Assembly: GCA_963972105.1 (NCBI GenBank)
Contig: CAXAVH010000001.1
Span: 1-59,258 of the forward strand
Reading direction: 5' to 3'
DNA: 59,258 nt
Source: an uncultured Flavobacteriaceae bacterium
GTDB lineage: Bacteria; Bacteroidota; Bacteroidia; Flavobacteriales; Flavobacteriaceae
Shown: positions 55,622 through 59,258 of the stretch, in pieces
Layout: each line of letters begins with the position of its first letter
Numbering within the stretch: the stretch's first letter is position 1
Translations under genes and position numbers: made by a program
Notes under the pieces: generated by a model
Told to the model about the DNA's origin: nothing
Databases searched by the model: none
The model's input: the letters and a program-made list of their open reading frames with translations, nothing else

Positions 55622-56290
55622 TCAGTTCATTTTTTCCTTCCACAGGAATTTTCCGAAGTCGATAACGCTCTCGAGCGGGGTGGTCTCGAACACGTCGAAA
55701 ATGGCGCGCACCGATTTCTCGATGACCACGTCGGTCTTCTCGAAATTGGGCGAGTTATCTGCCATCCAATATTTAACGATGAATAGGGTCTGCAGCCAAG
55801 CGCCCTCCGAAAATACAGCAACGGGCTGTTTTAGGATGCGCAGTTGCTTCTCGGCATTCTTATCGTTAATCAATCCGGACGCGAATTCCTTCACCCGGTG
55901 GCGCAGCCCTTTTAGCTGCGAGAGATTTTTCATCATATCGCGCTGCTCTTGCAGCGCGTACAGCACGTAACTGCGGTTTGCGGTGAGCAGTTCGAAAAAG
56001 GTAAAGAAGAAGGTGAGCATCTTCTCTTGGTTGCTGAAGGTGTCGTAGTTTTCGTTTTTGTGTGCCAGTTTCATGGCCTCGTCGAAAAAAGTGTTCCATA
56101 TTTCCTGCCGCAATCCGTCGAACGAAGCGAAAAAGCCGTAAAACTCCACTTCGGTCATGCCGAGGTCCTTGCTAAATTTATACACACTCTTCGGGGTCTC
56201 GCCGTGCTCCAGCACGTACCCCATATAGGCGGTTATGATGCCGGCCCGTGTTGGGGCCGATTTTTTGGATGTTGCTTTCTTTGCACTCAT
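55622..56290 (-). CDS. TetR/AcrR-family transcriptional regulator
   Basis: 222 aa from the ATG at 56290 (MSAKKATSKK...). The N-terminal HTH reads IITAYMGYVLEHGETPKSVYKFSKDLGMTEVEFYGFF. It sits 32 nt upstream of the ABC1 kinase gene. Confidence 0.8.
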   Translation of the reverse strand: MSAKKATSKKSAPTRAGIITAYMGYVLEHGETPKSVYKFSKDLGMTEVEFYGFFASFDGLRQEIWNTFFDEAMKLAHKNENYDTFSNQEKMLTFFFTFFELLTANRSYVLYALQEQRDMMKNLSQLKGLRHRVKEFASGLINDKNAEKQLRILKQPVAVFSEGAWLQTLFIVKYWMADNSPNFEKTDVVIEKSVRAIFDVFETTPLESVIDFGKFLWKEKMN

Positions 56291-56433
56291 AATAAAGGTA
56301 TTGGTTTGCCAAGTATAGATAACTGGACGCCACAAAGATACAAATGTTTAGCTTTTTTTGTATTTTGTTAAACAGAATGTTTTGTTAAAGTTCTTTTTAG
56401 GGATTCCGGGAATCTATTTTGCGGAAGGCAAAA

Positions 56434-56455
56434 TTGACAAATGACAACCTGTCAT
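56434..56455. promoter_or_regulatory. TGACAA hexamer triplet (two direct copies plus one inverted) forming an ATGACA-acc-TGTCAT palindrome; candidate operator in the TetR / htpG divergent spacer
   Basis: The sequence is TTGACAAATGACAACCTGTCAT, and 56441-56455 is a perfect 6-3-6 inverted repeat. Confidence 0.4.
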
Positions 56456-56547
56456 AGAACACGAAATGGTATCTTCTTTGAAATACACCTTACGGAATTA
56501 GAAAAATCGTTTAACCATAAAACTTCCGCAGTAGCGGAGCATAGCCT

Positions 56548-58440
56548 ATGAGTACAGGAACCATTAATGTATCGGTCGAGAACATTTTTCCACTGATAAA
56601 AAAATTTTTATACAGCGACCACGAGATTTTTTTACGTGAGTTGATTAGCAACGCCACCGATGCCTCCCTTAAACTGAAGCACCTTGCCAATATTGGCGAG
56701 GCAAACGATGTGGATGTAAGCAACCTTGCCATCGAGGTAAAGATTGACAAGGACAACAACACCCTGCACATTATTGACCAAGGTATCGGGATGACCCAGG
56801 AAGAGTTAAACAAGTACATTAACGACATCGCCTTTTCCGGTGCCGAGGAGTTTATCGAAAAGTATAAGGACAAGAACGGGGACGATGCCGGTATCATAGG
56901 GCATTTTGGCCTTGGTTTCTACTCGGCCTTTATGGTGGCAAACAAGGTAGAGATCATCACCAAAAGCTTCAAGGACGAACCTGCCGCGCACTGGGTTTGC
57001 GATGGCAGCCCCAAGTACACCCTCGAGGATGCCGATAAGAAGGAGCACGGTACCGAGATAATCCTGCACATATCGAAAGACGAAACCGAGTTCTTGGAAG
57101 AATCTCGCATTCGTGAGCTGTTGGTCAAGTATAACAAGTTCATGCCCATACCCATAAAATTTGGCACCAAGACCGAGACCCTGCCCAAGCCAGAAGGCGC
57201 GAAGGAGGACGATCCAGCCCCCACCCAGGAGGTCGATAATATCGTTAACAACCCCAACCCCGCGTGGACCAAGCAACCAACCGAGCTTGAGGACAAGGAC
57301 TACAAGAGCTTCTATCGCGAACTGTACCCAATGCAATTCGAGGAGCCCCTCTTCCACATCCATTTAAACGTGGACTACCCGTTCAACCTTACGGGGATTC
57401 TCTATTTTCCCAAGATGACCAACGATATGAGCATTCAGAAAGACAAGATACAGCTCTATCAAAACCAGGTGTTCGTTACAGACAACGTAGAGGGAATCGT
57501 ACCCGAGTTCCTCACCATGCTCCGCGGGGTTATAGACAGCCCGGACATCCCGTTGAACGTTTCGCGAAGCTACCTGCAGGCAGATGGCGCCGTGAAGAAA
57601 ATTTCGAGCTACATTACCCGTAAGGTGGCCGATAAGCTGAAGAGCCTCTTCAACGAAAACCGCGATGATTTCGAGAAAAAGTGGAATGACATCAAGATCG
57701 TGATCGAGTACGGAATGCTCACCGAGGAAAAATTCTTCGAGAAGGCCCAGAAGTTTGCGCTCTACCCTACCGTAGACGGCACTCATTTTACGTTAGATGA
57801 GCTTCAGGAGAAAATCAAGGACAACCAGACCGATAAGGACGACAAGCTCGTAGTACTCTATGCCAGCAACAAGGAAGAACAGCACAGTTACATCGAGACG
57901 GCCAAGGATAAAGGGTACGAAGTGCTCTTCCTCGACTCGCCCATTGTGTCGCACCTGTTGCAGAAAATGGAGAGCGAGAAGGACAAGGTTTCCTTTGTGC
58001 GCGTAGACAGCGACCACATAGACAATATCATTAAGAAAGATGAGGAGCAGGTTTCAAAACTGAACGACGAGGAAAAGGAAACCCTAAAAACGTTCCTTGA
58101 CGAGACGATTCCCGCGGAAAAGTTCAGCGTACAGCTCGAGGCTATGGATAGCGGTGCCAACCCGTTTGTCATTACTGAGCCCGAGTTTATGCGCCGGATG
58201 AAGGAGATGCAGAAAACCGGTGGGGGCGGTATGTTCGGTATGGGCAATATGCCAGATATGTACAACCTAATCGTGAACACTAACCACGAGCTGGTGGTGG
58301 AAATACTGAACACCAAGACCCAAAAGAAAAAAGAGCGCCTGGTTAACCAAGCGCTAGACCTAGCCAAATTGAGCAAAGGTCTGCTAAAGGGTAGCGATAT
58401 GACTGCGTTCATTAAGCGCAGTTACGAAATGATCAAATAG
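56548..58440 (+). CDS. htpG: molecular chaperone HtpG (Hsp90)
   Basis: 630 aa with LIKKFLYSDHEIFLRELISNATDA...IGHFGLGFYSAFMVA, the GHKL ATPase N-domain of Hsp90. Confidence 0.95.
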   Translation: MSTGTINVSVENIFPLIKKFLYSDHEIFLRELISNATDASLKLKHLANIGEANDVDVSNLAIEVKIDKDNNTLHIIDQGIGMTQEELNKYINDIAFSGAEEFIEKYKDKNGDDAGIIGHFGLGFYSAFMVANKVEIITKSFKDEPAAHWVCDGSPKYTLEDADKKEHGTEIILHISKDETEFLEESRIRELLVKYNKFMPIPIKFGTKTETLPKPEGAKEDDPAPTQEVDNIVNNPNPAWTKQPTELEDKDYKSFYRELYPMQFEEPLFHIHLNVDYPFNLTGILYFPKMTNDMSIQKDKIQLYQNQVFVTDNVEGIVPEFLTMLRGVIDSPDIPLNVSRSYLQADGAVKKISSYITRKVADKLKSLFNENRDDFEKKWNDIKIVIEYGMLTEEKFFEKAQKFALYPTVDGTHFTLDELQEKIKDNQTDKDDKLVVLYASNKEEQHSYIETAKDKGYEVLFLDSPIVSHLLQKMESEKDKVSFVRVDSDHIDNIIKKDEEQVSKLNDEEKETLKTFLDETIPAEKFSVQLEAMDSGANPFVITEPEFMRRMKEMQKTGGGGMFGMGNMPDMYNLIVNTNHELVVEILNTKTQKKKERLVNQALDLAKLSKGLLKGSDMTAFIKRSYEMIK

Positions 58441-58463
58441 AGAAAAGACATACGTCTCGGAAA

Positions 58464-58491
58464 AACCGTCCAATAATTGGGCGGTTTTTTT
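58464..58491 (+). terminator. rho-independent terminator after htpG
   Basis: The stem AACCGTCCAA / TTGGGCGGTT (one G-U pair) has a 3-nt loop and is followed by TTTTTTT. Confidence 0.85.
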
Positions 58492-58619
58492 ATGCACTAA
58501 TATGTAGGAAAAGTACTGTTATGTATTTTAACAGAATTTTATATCACTTTATCTAAAAGTTAATGTGTTGTCATTTGCTTACTATATTTTTATTGCGTTA
58601 ACTAATTAATCAACTTATT

Positions 58620-59258
58620 ATGAAAAAAATTACTTATTGTCGAGGATTATTGCTGGCACTCCTGCTATGTACATATTCCTTATGGGCTCAAACCCCCGTT
58701 ACCTATAATTTTACGGGTAGCATAGAAACTTACACGGTACCCCCGGGTGTAACTACCCTTACCATCGAAGCCCGAGGAGCCCAAGGAGGTGATAGTCCTA
58801 GCAGTGCTGTCCCAGCAGGTTTAGGTGCTGAGATGATTGGAGATTTCGCCGTTACACCCGGCCAGGTCCTAAATATATTGGTGGGTGAGCAAAATACTTC
58901 TGGCAATGGTGGTGGCGGTGGTAGCTTCGTTGTAGATGCCAGTAACAACCCACTTATCGTCGCAGGCGGTGGTGGTGGATCTGGAAGCGCCAATGACTCG
59001 CCCAATAAAAATGGCCAGATAGCTACTGCAGGAGCTACTGGAAGTGGCGGTGGCGGTAGTGGCGGCGGCAACAGTAATCCTGCTGAAAGAGCTGCTTTAC
59101 TTGCCCGAATTAATCAAGGTCAAACTCCCGAAGCTGATGCTAGACGAAGAGCAGCAGCGGCAGCAGCACAACGAGCAGCATCAGGCCCAACAGCAGCACA
59201 GCAAGCAGCAACAAGACAAGCAGCAGAACAAGCAGCACAGCAGGCAGCAGCACAGCAA
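58620..59258 (+). CDS. secreted glycine-rich-domain protein running into an Ala/Gln-rich repeat tract (partial; continues past the right edge)
   Basis: My own translation gives MKKITYCRGLLLALLLCTYSLWAQTPVTYNFTGSIETYTVPPGVTTLTIEARGAQGGDS...NILVGEQNTSGNGGGGGSFVVDASNNPLIVAGGGGGSGSAND...GATGSGGGGSGGGNSNPAERAALLARINQGQTPEADARRRAAAAAAQRAASGPTAAQQAATRQAAEQAAQQAAAQQ. It has a signal peptide, and the frame is open for 213 codons to the edge. It is absent from the ORF track because there is no stop. Confidence 0.75.
   Translation, partial: MKKITYCRGLLLALLLCTYSLWAQTPVTYNFTGSIETYTVPPGVTTLTIEARGAQGGDSPSSAVPAGLGAEMIGDFAVTPGQVLNILVGEQNTSGNGGGGGSFVVDASNNPLIVAGGGGGSGSANDSPNKNGQIATAGATGSGGGGSGGGNSNPAERAALLARINQGQTPEADARRRAAAAAAQRAASGPTAAQQAATRQAAEQAAQQAAAQQ

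Noticed and set aside
58730-59071. A 113-aa minus-strand ORF rich in poly-proline (MPPPLPPPPLPVAPAV...).
   Set aside because: It is the reverse-complement shadow of the GGN-rich codons of the plus-strand glycine-rich protein. That protein has a proper ATG, a signal peptide and domain motifs.
1-59258. I scanned all spacers of 50 bp or more for CRISPR arrays, tRNA or rRNA genes, tmRNA or RNase P signatures, IS elements, integrases and terminal inverted repeats around the AraC islet.
   Set aside because: I could not recognise any direct-repeat/spacer periodicity, cloverleaf-compatible segment, conserved RNase P or tmRNA box, or transposase-like ORF by eye. A covariance-model scan is still advisable.

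Overview
The window reads as a chromosomal segment of a Bacteroidota genome of the class Flavobacteriia, probably a marine Flavobacteriaceae. Supporting markers are a T9SS C-terminal sorting domain, the rpmB-rpmG-DUF4295-ftsY-rimO order, a double-length NusB, DUF1573, BshC and many lipoprotein signal peptides. It holds about 50 protein genes, mostly housekeeping, in tightly packed and often overlapping operons: guaB, guaA, pyrD, pepT, yajC, nusB, rimO, ftsY, rpmB, rpmG, cinA, recR, fabH and htpG. I found no rRNA, tRNA, CRISPR array, transposase, integrase or phage gene, and no obvious toxin-antitoxin or defence cassette. All family calls come from motif and sequence recognition by eye, because no database search was possible.

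I do not see a clear-cut new system. The parts that deserve a second look are:
- A translationally coupled DUF4856 / imelysin / HTTM / TonB-receptor operon at 1.4-7.7 kb. It looks like a metal-uptake module, and its HTTM membrane component has no known bacterial role.
- An AT-rich islet at 30.9-33.2 kb holding an orphan AraC regulator, about 0.4-0.5 kb of noncoding DNA on each side, and a small DUF1328 gene that the ORF track missed.
- A 585-bp gene-free region at 49.86-50.45 kb with two plus-strand intrinsic terminators and alternative GC-rich pairings. This is a candidate small RNA or attenuator.
- A sortilin/BNR-type T9SS surface protein split by a 1-nt deletion inside an Asp-box at 47108-47111.
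- A secreted glycine-rich-domain protein at the right edge that runs into an Ala/Gln triplet-repeat tract.
- Two paralogous giant M14 carboxypeptidases bracketing a 6.6-kb block.
- Several candidate operators and GC-rich hairpin clusters.
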